From Bacteroidales bacterium (lineage in GTDB: Bacteria; Bacteroidota; Bacteroidia; Bacteroidales; JAQUTK01), in assembly GCA_028709785.1 (NCBI GenBank), contig JAQUTK010000003.1:7607-71606 (forward strand): a stretch of DNA of 64,000 nt, in the 5' to 3' direction. The position numbers and the translations under genes were made by a program. Each line of letters opens with the position of its first letter. Position 1 is the stretch's first letter. The notes beneath the pieces are model-generated. The model did not search any database, was not told the DNA's origin, and saw nothing but the letters and a program-made list of their open reading frames with translations. This document shows positions 1-7,800 of the stretch, piece after piece.

Positions 1-731
1 TCACCGACACCTATCGGATGACCGGCGAACAAAAGTATCTGGATAAGGCTAAAATGATATGGCAATTTATCGAGAGCGGCATCGATCAGCAACTTGGTGG
101 AGGTATCTACTGGTGCGAACAGAAAAAGGAATCCAAGAATACCTGTTCGAATGCTCCCGGTTCTGTGTTAGCTCTCAAACTCTTTGAGGCAACCAAAGAC
201 AGTAACTATTTTAATCAGGGCAAAGCACTGTATCAATGGACAAAAGCTCATTTGCAGGATCCATCTGACTATCTGTATTATGACAATATGGGATTGAATG
301 GCAGGATAGGAAAGGCTAAGTTTGCATATAACAGCGGACAGATGCTTCAATCTGCTGCACTCTTATACAAATTGACGAAAGACAAAACCTACCTGACCGA
401 AGCTCAAAACATTGCAAAGTCAGCGTATCATCAGTTTTTCCAGGAATTTTCACCGAATGATGGAAACTCTTTCATGCTATTGAAGAGAGGCAATGTATGG
501 TTTACCGCAGTTATGTTCAGAGGATACATCGAACTCTATAAACTGGATAAGAATAAGAGCTATCTGAATGCATTTCAGCGTAGTCTGGATTATGCGTGGA
601 CCCACATGCGTGAAGAGACGGGACTGTTCAATCAGGATTGGAGTGGCGAAAGCAAGGAGGAATTTAAGTCGGTGTTGACTCAGGCTGCCATGGTAGAGAT
701 GTATGCAAGAATGGCTGCTGCCAAGAAATAA
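1..731 (+). CDS. Glycoside hydrolase family 76-like protein (alpha-1,6-mannanase type), C-terminal part; 5' end outside window
   Basis: Frame open from window edge (nt 3: TDTYRMTGEQKYLDKA...) to TAA 729-731. GH76-like segments GGIYW, NTCSNAP, YNSGQMLQSAALLY. Family recalled from memory. Confidence 0.65.
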   Translation, partial: TDTYRMTGEQKYLDKAKMIWQFIESGIDQQLGGGIYWCEQKKESKNTCSNAPGSVLALKLFEATKDSNYFNQGKALYQWTKAHLQDPSDYLYYDNMGLNGRIGKAKFAYNSGQMLQSAALLYKLTKDKTYLTEAQNIAKSAYHQFFQEFSPNDGNSFMLLKRGNVWFTAVMFRGYIELYKLDKNKSYLNAFQRSLDYAWTHMREETGLFNQDWSGESKEEFKSVLTQAAMVEMYARMAAAKK

Positions 732-797
732 CAACGACCGGAAAGAAGAGAGGAGATTGATAATCTGATTAATTAACCGCTTTCCGCGTCAATAAAC

Positions 798-827
798 AGG
801 CCCATCATTCCGGTGGGTCTTTTTTTT
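798..827 (+). terminator. Intrinsic terminator after the GH76-like gene
   Basis: AGGCCCA (798-804) pairs with TGGGTCT (814-820) with one G.T, a 9-nt loop, then a T8 run (820-827). Confidence 0.5.
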
Positions 828-831
828 GTCG

Positions 832-839
832 TAATTTTG
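832..839 (+). promoter_or_regulatory. Candidate Bacteroides-type -7 box (TAnnTTTG) for the ybaN-like gene
   Basis: TAATTTTG, ending 5 nt before GTG 844. General caveat for all -7 calls: the motif has only 6 fixed positions, so calls rest on position and orientation just upstream of a start codon. Confidence 0.4.
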
Positions 840-843
840 CAGC

Positions 844-1242
844 GTGAAACTTGTATATATACTCATAGGCTCAGTCTCATTCATTTTGGGAATCATCGGA
901 ATATTTGTTCCGCTGCTGCCCACCACCCCTTTTCTTCTTCTTTCTGCAGCTTGTTGGCTGAGAGGTTCGCAGAAACTGTACGACTGGTTGCTCAATCAGA
1001 GGTGTCTTGGGCCCTATATCCGCAACTTTTACGAATATAAAGCAATTCCCTTACGAGCGAAAATCATATCGGTATCACTGATATGGATCACGTTACTTAA
1101 CTGCGCGATATGGATTGTGAAACCGATCTTCCTCAAAGTTCTGCTGATTGCCCTTGCTATCGCGATTAGCTGGCATATTCTTTCATACAAGACAATGACG
1201 AAGGAACAGCAGGAAAAGAACAAAAACAAACAGTGTAACTAG
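844..1242 (+). CDS. ybaN: YbaN/DUF454 family inner-membrane protein
   Basis: 132-aa ORF with GTG start. N-terminal LGIIGIFVPLLPTTPFLLLSAACW motif typical of DUF454, plus two further hydrophobic segments. Confidence 0.7.
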   Translation: MKLVYILIGSVSFILGIIGIFVPLLPTTPFLLLSAACWLRGSQKLYDWLLNQRCLGPYIRNFYEYKAIPLRAKIISVSLIWITLLNCAIWIVKPIFLKVLLIALAIAISWHILSYKTMTKEQQEKNKNKQCN

Positions 1243-1401
1243 AACTGCTTAGACATTAGCTTGTTTTCGTCTGTGTCGTGAAAATCAGCCATTTTCTGCT
1301 TGGTATCTTTCTACAGCTTATAGGGTGAGATCTATGCTTTATCAAGTTGTAAAGTTTATCGCTTGCAGACTATTTGTTCGTTCTGAAGTTCGGAATGATC
1401 G

Positions 1402-1458
1402 TTTTGAACCACAGGATGATCGTTTTGAAGTTCAGGACGATCATCCTGTGGTTCAAAA
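1402..1458. repeat. Perfect 21-bp inverted repeat (hairpin) with 15-nt loop
   Basis: TTTTGAACCACAGGATGATCG (1402-1422) is the exact reverse complement of CGATCATCCTGTGGTTCAAAA (1438-1458). Confidence 0.9.
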
Positions 1459-1632
1459 TAAGAAAGTCATCTTGGAGATTGACTTTTATCTTCCGCATCG
1501 GCTTATTTATCTTCCTGTATGCAACGGACTTTGATCCCTGATTGATTCCTCTAATCTTATGCTTACCCGCCGGATCCAATTGAAAGAGCTGAAAGGACGG
1601 AGCGTTTCCAGTTGTTTCGCAAGAATACTAAC

Positions 1633-1680
1633 AATCCCTGTCGGCGATATTTGACCCGAAAGAGTTCGCTGACAGGGATT
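1633..1680. repeat. 15-bp inverted repeat (hairpin) with 18-nt loop
   Basis: AATCCCTGTCGGCGA (1633-1647) pairs with TCGCTGACAGGGATT (1666-1680). There is one G.T pair (1643/1670), and no flanking T-run on either strand. Confidence 0.85.
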
Positions 1681-1684
1681 ATAT

Positions 1685-1730
1685 AAAAAACAGTGATTTT
1701 CCGATTTCTGATCAGCGAAAAGAATCACCG
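1685..1730 (-). terminator. Intrinsic terminator after the VOC gene
   Basis: Minus strand reads GGTGATTCTTTTCG...CGGAAAATCACT (bulged stem) followed by GTTTTTT. Confidence 0.5.
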
Positions 1731-1738
1731 TGATGCTT

Positions 1739-2104
1739 TTAGTTGTCAGAATATAAGCCTACGGTATTTCCTTCGCTATCCCTGAATGTTGAGAAGTATC
1801 CCTTGTCTTCCGCCTCAATCTTCGTCTTCGGAATGATGATTTTCCCTCCATTGCTTTCAATCAAAGCCTGAGTCTCACTCATATTTTCGCAATTAAAACT
1901 GAGGAGAGTACCCTTTTCTGATGGTGGGAAATCCTTTCCAAAAGAGATCGAACCGATGCAATCCCCATTTTCCATAAAGAAGGCCATCTTCTCCTGTTCA
2001 CAGTCGTACACCGACAACTTCAAGTGGAAGATTGTCTCGTAAAACGCTACCGCCCGATAAAAGTCTGCGGCCGGGATCTCAAAAAATGCAATTAATTTTT
2101 CCAT
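1739..2104 (-). CDS. VOC (glyoxalase/bleomycin-resistance/dioxygenase) family protein
   Basis: ORF 1739-2167. I prefer the internal ATG at 2104 (MEKLIAFFEIPAADFYRAVAFYE...) because a -7 box lies at 2154-2161 inside the longer ORF. Typical single-domain VOC size and sequence. Confidence 0.7.
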   Translation of the reverse strand: MEKLIAFFEIPAADFYRAVAFYETIFHLKLSVYDCEQEKMAFFMENGDCIGSISFGKDFPPSEKGTLLSFNCENMSETQALIESNGGKIIIPKTKIEAEDKGYFSTFRDSEGNTVGLYSDN

Positions 2105-2153
2105 TGTTTCTGTTTTTAGATGATTATTATACAATGACTTTGCAAAGACAATG

Positions 2154-2161
2154 CAAAGGTA
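2154..2161 (-). promoter_or_regulatory. Candidate -7 box for the VOC gene
   Basis: Minus strand TACCTTTG, 50 nt upstream of ATG 2104. Confidence 0.5.
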
Positions 2162-2200
2162 GAGCAACGCATCATCCTGAGATAGGAAAAAACAGACATC

Positions 2201-3004
2201 TTAAAGTACTGAGAAATAATCGGAATAGGGAGCACAGACAGACAGGTATTCCGTGGGAGTATATCCGGAGAAAGATTTGAATTCCCGGATGAGATGCGAT
2301 TGATCATAAAATCCGCATTCGCAGGCTACCTGAGCAAAACTACGATCGGGATGCGTCTGCAAAACATACAATGCTCTTTGCATGCGGACAATACGGATAA
2401 ACTCTTTGGGATTGGTACCGATATACTCCGTAAAAACCCTGTTAAATTGCTTGTTGCTCAGACAGGCGATCTGCGACAGTTGAGTGATAGTGGTCTCCGG
2501 TTGCCGGTTGATCTCCTGCACGGTGGCTACGACTCTTTTGACATTATAAGCGGAAAATGAGTGCAAACGACTGATCAGAAAGCGCTCAATCAGTCCGATT
2601 GACTGGCTGTCATCCATCGTATCCGCCACCTGTTTCTCCAGCTCTTTCAATGCAGGATCGCCGATCTCGCTGATGGAAATATTCTTCTCGTGGAATTCAT
2701 TGATCGGGATCTGAAAGAAGATTCTGGCGGCATACGGCTGAAAAACAACGAAAATCATATCAATATTTCCCGTAGATTCCACATCTGAATATGTGGTGGA
2801 CTGTCCGGAGATAAACGCGGTGGGCTGCAAACTTCTTTCCGTCAGTGAAAAGAGTTGTCTTCCTCGATGAAAAACCATATTAATACACCCTACCGGCAAG
2901 GTACGTTCGCGCACCGGAGTTACCTCATTGATCTGTAATATCCAGTAATATCTGATATACGGGACTAATGCTGGAGAGGGTTTTATGATTCTGAATGATT
3001 CCAT
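2201..3004 (-). CDS. AraC family transcriptional regulator
   Basis: C-terminal HTH_18-type region (LSQIACLSNKQFNRVFTEYIGTNPKEFIRIVRMQRAL...GFYDQSHLIREFKSFSGYTPTEY). ATG at 3004; the track's 3016 is a TTG. Confidence 0.8.
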   Translation of the reverse strand: MESFRIIKPSPALVPYIRYYWILQINEVTPVRERTLPVGCINMVFHRGRQLFSLTERSLQPTAFISGQSTTYSDVESTGNIDMIFVVFQPYAARIFFQIPINEFHEKNISISEIGDPALKELEKQVADTMDDSQSIGLIERFLISRLHSFSAYNVKRVVATVQEINRQPETTITQLSQIACLSNKQFNRVFTEYIGTNPKEFIRIVRMQRALYVLQTHPDRSFAQVACECGFYDQSHLIREFKSFSGYTPTEYLSVCAPYSDYFSVL

Positions 3005-3036
3005 CTTGACTGCCAATATGATGAAGAGTTTGCCGG

Positions 3037-3044
3037 CAAAGGTA
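3037..3044 (-). promoter_or_regulatory. Candidate -7 box for the AraC regulator at 2201-3004
   Basis: Minus strand TACCTTTG, 33 nt upstream of ATG 3004. Confidence 0.5.
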
Positions 3045-3194
3045 GAACTTTTTACTGTTCTTCTGATTGTAAAAAAAGGACATCTTTGTGATCAAAACAG
3101 GGCTGATGTGACTTCGCTCCATTTAAAGAAGTAAGAAACAATAATCCATGGGTCAAAATTCTGCTTTGAGGATGCGATTTTCAGAAATAGCAGA

Positions 3195-3202
3195 TATCTT
3201 TG
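3195..3202 (+). promoter_or_regulatory. Candidate -7 box for the DUF5131 gene
   Basis: TATCTTTG, 21 nt upstream of ATG 3223. Confidence 0.55.
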
Positions 3203-3222
3203 TATCTCTAAAAGAGTCGGAT

Positions 3223-3933
3223 ATGAGTATATGGAACCCATGGCATGGATGTCATAAGATAAGTCCGGGATGCGCAAACTGCTATGTGTATCGGGGAGAT
3301 GCAAAGCATGGACGCGACAGTACCGTGGTATATAAAACCGCAGACTTTGACCTGCATCTTCGGCTCACTCGTAAAAAAACGTACAAACTCACTCTGGATA
3401 AGATCGTATATACCTGTTTTACGTCCGACTTCTTTGTGGAAGAAGCTGACGCTTGGAGAGCTGAGGCTTGGCAGATGATGCGGCGACGGAGTGATCTGCA
3501 CTTTCTTTTTATTACCAAACGGATTCATCGCTTTCAGGAGTGCATTCCCGACGATTGGGGGGAGGGGTACGAGAATGTGACCATCTGTTGTACGGTGGAG
3601 AACCAGGCCATGGCGGATTTTCGTTTGCCACTGTTTAACGCGGCCCCCATCAGGCACAAAGAAATTATCTGCGAACCGTTGCTCGGGCCCATACACCTGC
3701 TTCCTTATCTGACGGACGAGATCTGGGCAATCACATTGGGAGGTGAATCAGGCAACGAGGCACGCGTCTGCGACTATCAGTGGGTACTGGATATTCGTAG
3801 CCAATGTATTGAGAAACAGGTTAAGTTTCACTTCAAGCAGACCGGGGCGCGGTTATTGAAAGATGGGAAACTCTATCGGATTGCACGGCAGTTTCAGCAC
3901 TCGCAAGCGAGAAAAGCCTGTTTGGACGTGTAG
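3223..3933 (+). CDS. DUF5131 (phage Gp37/Gp68 family) protein
   Basis: MSIWNPWHGCHKISPGCANCYVY... N-terminus is characteristic of this family. ATG 3223 is preferred over 3148 because TATCTTTG sits at 3195-3202. Confidence 0.65.
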   Translation: MSIWNPWHGCHKISPGCANCYVYRGDAKHGRDSTVVYKTADFDLHLRLTRKKTYKLTLDKIVYTCFTSDFFVEEADAWRAEAWQMMRRRSDLHFLFITKRIHRFQECIPDDWGEGYENVTICCTVENQAMADFRLPLFNAAPIRHKEIICEPLLGPIHLLPYLTDEIWAITLGGESGNEARVCDYQWVLDIRSQCIEKQVKFHFKQTGARLLKDGKLYRIARQFQHSQARKACLDV

Positions 3934-3961
3934 AGAAAGGGCCGCCCCGATACCTCGAAGC
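3932..3961. repeat. Copy 1 of a 30-nt direct repeat (AGAGAAAGGGCYGCCCCGATACCTCGAAGC)
   Basis: 29/30 identical to 7805-7834. Overlaps the stop codon of the DUF5131 gene and lies 20 nt from the convergent transglutaminase-like stop. Confidence 0.85.
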
Positions 3962-3980
3962 ACTCTCCAATCTCTAATCA

Positions 3981-5309
3981 TCACTCCAGGTACTCAATGT
4001 CCATCTGGTATTTCCATTTATTAAAATAGAGATTGCCTCCTTCCCATTCCACTTCGCCACGTTGAAAGTCGACCGTTTCGCTACGGGGAAACTTTTTTTC
4101 AGGAACTAAAGGCCTTGAATAATCTTCATTTACAATCATCCGCCAAGAATCAATCCCACCCAGAAAGAACATACGTTCATCGTCCGTTTGAGCAAAAGAA
4201 GGAATTCCGAAAGACGGATCAACGGGAACCCAGCCAACTCCCTCAAAATAAATCTCTGCCCAATCATGCAGATTCCATGCATTGGGATGCATCATAAAGC
4301 CACTTTGAAAGTGAGCGGGAATACCGCTGTAACGACAAAGAGTAATAAAAAGAAGAGAAACCTGTCCGCAATCGCCATGATGATTATCAAGCACATATTC
4401 CGGGATATTGTCAAGGGTAGAATACTCACGGGCAGATGCCCATGGAAAAGAATGATGAATCCAGGCAAAAATACGGGTCGCTTTCAACAAAGGGTTTGTT
4501 TCTCCTTTAGTAAGCTCTGCCGCCAACTGCCTGATACGTGGAGAAAAGCGGATATGTGTTTCGCGTTCAGCTGTATATTCTTTATAAAGCGCACTTTCAG
4601 TATCATACGGTAAGATATCCGCAGGCTTCAGGTTATGCCACTCGGCAAATGAGGTATATTCAAACGATTCGGAGAATATTGTAGGCTTATCCTTCACCGC
4701 TATTTGTTCCATATACAGCGTACTGTGCATACAGGACGGCGGAGAGAAGCTCTGTTTTTTCTCACTGGCACTCAGAAACCTTACCTGTTGTTGTCTGTCT
4801 TCATCCGTTCGCGGATAAGGCAACCAACAGCGAACAAGTTTGCCATCGGGCACAGCGTCAGGTTCAACAGTAAGCGTGTAAGTCACCCGCATACGCTTAG
4901 GCATCACCCTGCATTCACCTGTTTGCTTCACGGCAGCTATTACCCGGGGCAGATGTTCTTGATTCACCTTATCGTAGCCATTCAGTTCGATACCTTCTTG
5001 GGCCACTTTCAGACTGCGGGCAACAGAATCAATACGAAATAAATTGGGGCCTGCATTACGAAAATAATACCGCTTCCCATCAATCATCCTGCATTCCAAT
5101 GCGTTACTTTTCTCCCAGTCACGCATCTGTTTGTCCGTCACTGACGGAATATACCTGCGAATATATTCTTTTACCTGTGGTTCGGAAACGCAAAAATCCA
5201 ACTGTATGCGATTCATCCGTTCCTGTTTCCAGCCGTCAACCATAACAGTAGATTTTGGAGCGCATCCCAGAAAAAAGAGTACCCCGGCCATAGCGATCAG
5301 TTGTTTCAT
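3981..5309 (-). CDS. Transglutaminase-like cysteine peptidase-fold lipoprotein
   Basis: Lipobox FFLGC at the N-terminus. Putative Cys-His-Asp triad context HHGDCGQVSLLF ... LHDWAEIYF ... WVPVDPS. Confidence 0.75.
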   Translation of the reverse strand: MKQLIAMAGVLFFLGCAPKSTVMVDGWKQERMNRIQLDFCVSEPQVKEYIRRYIPSVTDKQMRDWEKSNALECRMIDGKRYYFRNAGPNLFRIDSVARSLKVAQEGIELNGYDKVNQEHLPRVIAAVKQTGECRVMPKRMRVTYTLTVEPDAVPDGKLVRCWLPYPRTDEDRQQQVRFLSASEKKQSFSPPSCMHSTLYMEQIAVKDKPTIFSESFEYTSFAEWHNLKPADILPYDTESALYKEYTAERETHIRFSPRIRQLAAELTKGETNPLLKATRIFAWIHHSFPWASAREYSTLDNIPEYVLDNHHGDCGQVSLLFITLCRYSGIPAHFQSGFMMHPNAWNLHDWAEIYFEGVGWVPVDPSFGIPSFAQTDDERMFFLGGIDSWRMIVNEDYSRPLVPEKKFPRSETVDFQRGEVEWEGGNLYFNKWKYQMDIEYLE

Positions 5310-5331
5310 GCGATTGAGTGTATTCCATTGG

Positions 5332-6483
5332 TTACAATTTCGTGATACCTATTCCCGGCAAATCGTTCAGTGTGATTTTTCCTTTCACTACCTCCATACC
5401 TTTAAAGCGATCATTATCAATAAGCAGGTTGCCATCCAAATCAGCAAAATCTACCGCCGGAGACAATTGAGCAGCAGCAGATACAGCGCAAGATGTTTCG
5501 GTCATGCATCCTACCATTACCCGCATTCCTAAAGCACGTCCAAGAGTGATCATTTTCCAAGCCTCGCGCATACCCGTACATTTCATCAACTTGATATTGA
5601 TACCCGTGAAAGCTCCTTTCAGTTTGATCATATCGTCCAGACGCTGGAAAGACTCGTCAGCAAAGACAGGCAACGGACTTTGCTGAGTCACCCAAGCGAT
5701 ATCATCCAGTTGCGTCTTGGGCATAGGCTGTTCGACCATCACTATACCCTTTTCTTTCAGCCAAAGAATCATATCCAATGCCAGATACTTGTCGGTCCAT
5801 CCCTGATTGATATCCACCGTGATAGGAAGTTGGGTGACGGAGCGAATCGTCTCTATCATTTCCTTGTCATTCTCACGTCCGAGCTTTACCTTCAGAATAT
5901 TAAATTGTCCGGCAACCTCCAGCGTTTTTTGTCGTACAACATCAGGCGTATCAATGCCGATCGTAAAAGTAGTAGAAGGAGCCTTCCCCTTATCCAGTCC
6001 CCATATTTTATACCATGGCGCGCCCAAAAGTTTACCAACCAGATCGTGAAGAGCAATATCAACAGAAGCTTTGGCGGCGGTATTTCCCGGCAGGATACCG
6101 TCCACATATTCCAGAATATCTTCTAACTGAAAAGGATCGCTGAACTGCTCAATATTCACTTTCTTCAGGAAATCCATAACAGACTCCACGGATTCTCCCA
6201 AATAAGGTGGCATGGAAGCTTCTCCGTAACCGATGATTCCATCATATTCAATTTCAACTTGCACGTCCGGCGTTGTTGTTCGTGAAGAAGAAGCGACAGT
6301 AAAAACATGCTTCAACTTCAAATCATACGGTTTGAAAGTAAGTTTCATTTTGCCACTCTTGCCTGTTTTGTTGATAGAGAAGGGGTGAGGAGCTGTAGAA
6401 GCAAACAGATTATTTGCAGCCATACCAGAACCAATTGCAGCGAAAGTCGCCGTTTTAAGAAAGAATCTTCTATTGTGTGACAT
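5332..6483 (-). CDS. Dipeptide epimerase (L-Ala-D/L-Glu epimerase type, enolase superfamily) with N-terminal twin-arginine signal
   Basis: N-terminus MSHNRRFFLKTATFAAIGSG (Tat-like). Body matches the MR/MLE-type dipeptide epimerase layout (ASVDIALHDLVGK, KVKLG, DINQGW, EQP, DES). Confidence 0.85.
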   Translation of the reverse strand: MSHNRRFFLKTATFAAIGSGMAANNLFASTAPHPFSINKTGKSGKMKLTFKPYDLKLKHVFTVASSSRTTTPDVQVEIEYDGIIGYGEASMPPYLGESVESVMDFLKKVNIEQFSDPFQLEDILEYVDGILPGNTAAKASVDIALHDLVGKLLGAPWYKIWGLDKGKAPSTTFTIGIDTPDVVRQKTLEVAGQFNILKVKLGRENDKEMIETIRSVTQLPITVDINQGWTDKYLALDMILWLKEKGIVMVEQPMPKTQLDDIAWVTQQSPLPVFADESFQRLDDMIKLKGAFTGINIKLMKCTGMREAWKMITLGRALGMRVMVGCMTETSCAVSAAAQLSPAVDFADLDGNLLIDNDRFKGMEVVKGKITLNDLPGIGITKL

Positions 6484-6504
6484 CCTGTATTTATTAAAGT
6501 GATT

Positions 6505-7701
6505 CTATTCCTTGTAATAAGGGTTTGTGTCTGTAGTATTAATTCCTGTTGTACCAATACTAGAAAGAATGCGAACGCCAAAAAGCATTCGGTTCAGGTT
6601 GTACATATCATACGAAGGGTCCTTGGGATCAAAACTTGATATATGGACATAGCCAGAAGAATGAATGAATTTCTTGTTACCGATATAAATAGCGACATGC
6701 GACACATTTTCTTTCTTCTCTGTGGTAGCCTTTCTGCCAAAAAAGATCAGATCGCCCGGCAGTAGATTACTAAAATCGGAAGTAATATCAATATGTTGTC
6801 CAACGTATGCCTGTTGTGAGGCATCGCGAGGAAGAATAAGATTGTGCATAAAATAAACCGTGCGGACAAAGCCGCTGCAATCAACACCCTTTGAAGACAT
6901 CCCACCCCACAGATAAGGTACTCCCATCAAGGAATATGCTGTACGGAGAATACTGGTCGCATCTTGCCGGACAGATGCTTTCCACTTTTTCTCAGGCATG
7001 GAGATCGATTTGGCAATGTATGCCTTTCGGCCATCCGGATAGGATACCTTATAAAATGCGCCTGAAGTACCTTCCCACTTCAAACGGTTGCCGGCCACCA
7101 CATCTGACACCGGTTGAGAAGAAATGTCGGGCTTTCGGTAAGTAAAACCGTAATGCGAAGTTACAACGATCTTATCAGCATGATTCCACGCATCATATTC
7201 GGCCTTGGTCATCGGACAAACAGCCATACTTTGCACCCAAGCAATATAATTATCCGGTGTCTGAATACGGCACCATTCACCTTGTTGTAATTGTTTTACC
7301 GGCATACCAAGAAGTGCCTGTGTAGCCATCTCAGAAGAATAATCAGGAGCTACACGTAAGTTGCATACGGACAGGTTTACCACTGCAAAAGTCCGTCCTT
7401 CCAGTGAGAGACTATCCGGCAATAGTTGCAAACTGTCTTTTACTTCATAGTTCATTTGTTGAAGAGCAGACAAAAGGGTCGATTTAGCCTTTGGTGATGT
7501 TGTCACGCCTTTAATTATAATCAGACTGTCGGATACTACATAATCAACATCAAACAGTGCCACCCGGTTATCGGGAAAATACTGTTTGCGAATACTATCA
7601 GACAAGACTTCCCAAGGAAGGTTTTTCGCATTCTCATCTGCCGTACTATATTGGGGGTACAAAGCAATAGAGAGCATCAAAAGAACAAGGAACTTCTTCA
7701 T
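6505..7701 (-). CDS. NlpC/P60 (C40) peptidase with SH3b domains, YkfC-like gamma-D-glutamyl-L-diamino acid endopeptidase
   Basis: Signal peptide MKKFLVLLMLSIALYPQYSTA. C-terminal catalytic region GVPYLWGGMSSKGVDCSGFV ... SHVAIYIG ... HSSG. Confidence 0.85.
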   Translation of the reverse strand: MKKFLVLLMLSIALYPQYSTADENAKNLPWEVLSDSIRKQYFPDNRVALFDVDYVVSDSLIIIKGVTTSPKAKSTLLSALQQMNYEVKDSLQLLPDSLSLEGRTFAVVNLSVCNLRVAPDYSSEMATQALLGMPVKQLQQGEWCRIQTPDNYIAWVQSMAVCPMTKAEYDAWNHADKIVVTSHYGFTYRKPDISSQPVSDVVAGNRLKWEGTSGAFYKVSYPDGRKAYIAKSISMPEKKWKASVRQDATSILRTAYSLMGVPYLWGGMSSKGVDCSGFVRTVYFMHNLILPRDASQQAYVGQHIDITSDFSNLLPGDLIFFGRKATTEKKENVSHVAIYIGNKKFIHSSGYVHISSFDPKDPSYDMYNLNRMLFGVRILSSIGTTGINTTDTNPYYKE

Positions 7702-7730
7702 TCAAGAGAGATTTTGGGGGTTGCGTAGAA

Positions 7731-7738
7731 CAAAGGTA
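7731..7738 (-). promoter_or_regulatory. Candidate -7 box for the NlpC/P60-epimerase-transglutaminase-like operon
   Basis: Minus strand TACCTTTG, 30 nt upstream of ATG 7701. Confidence 0.55.
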
Positions 7739-7800
7739 GAGAATAATTTGCAGATATATTTGATTACTTAAAGGATTGCATGATGAAAGCAGATCTTTCT

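Noticed and set aside
1384-1433. Direct repeats that might suggest a mini CRISPR array
   Set aside because: There are only two overlapping copies of 8-12 nt with no spacer periodicity, no cas genes and no leader.
1325-1534. 69-aa ORF with an internally repeated peptide (RNDRFEPQDDRFEVQDD), and its minus-strand counterpart at 1370-1579
   Set aside because: The peptide repeat is a by-product of the DNA direct and inverted repeats at 1384-1458. A 21-bp perfect hairpin inside a coding region is implausible, and there is no promoter box.
2105-2167. Longer N-terminal extensions offered by the ORF track (2167, 3148, 13529, 25842, 38814, 52766, 57480)
   Set aside because: In five cases (2167, 3148, 25842, 52766, 57480) a -7 box lies inside or overlaps the extension. 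In the other two (13529, 38814) the extension adds non-homologous residues or runs into the upstream gene, and the internal ATG gives the family-typical N-terminus.
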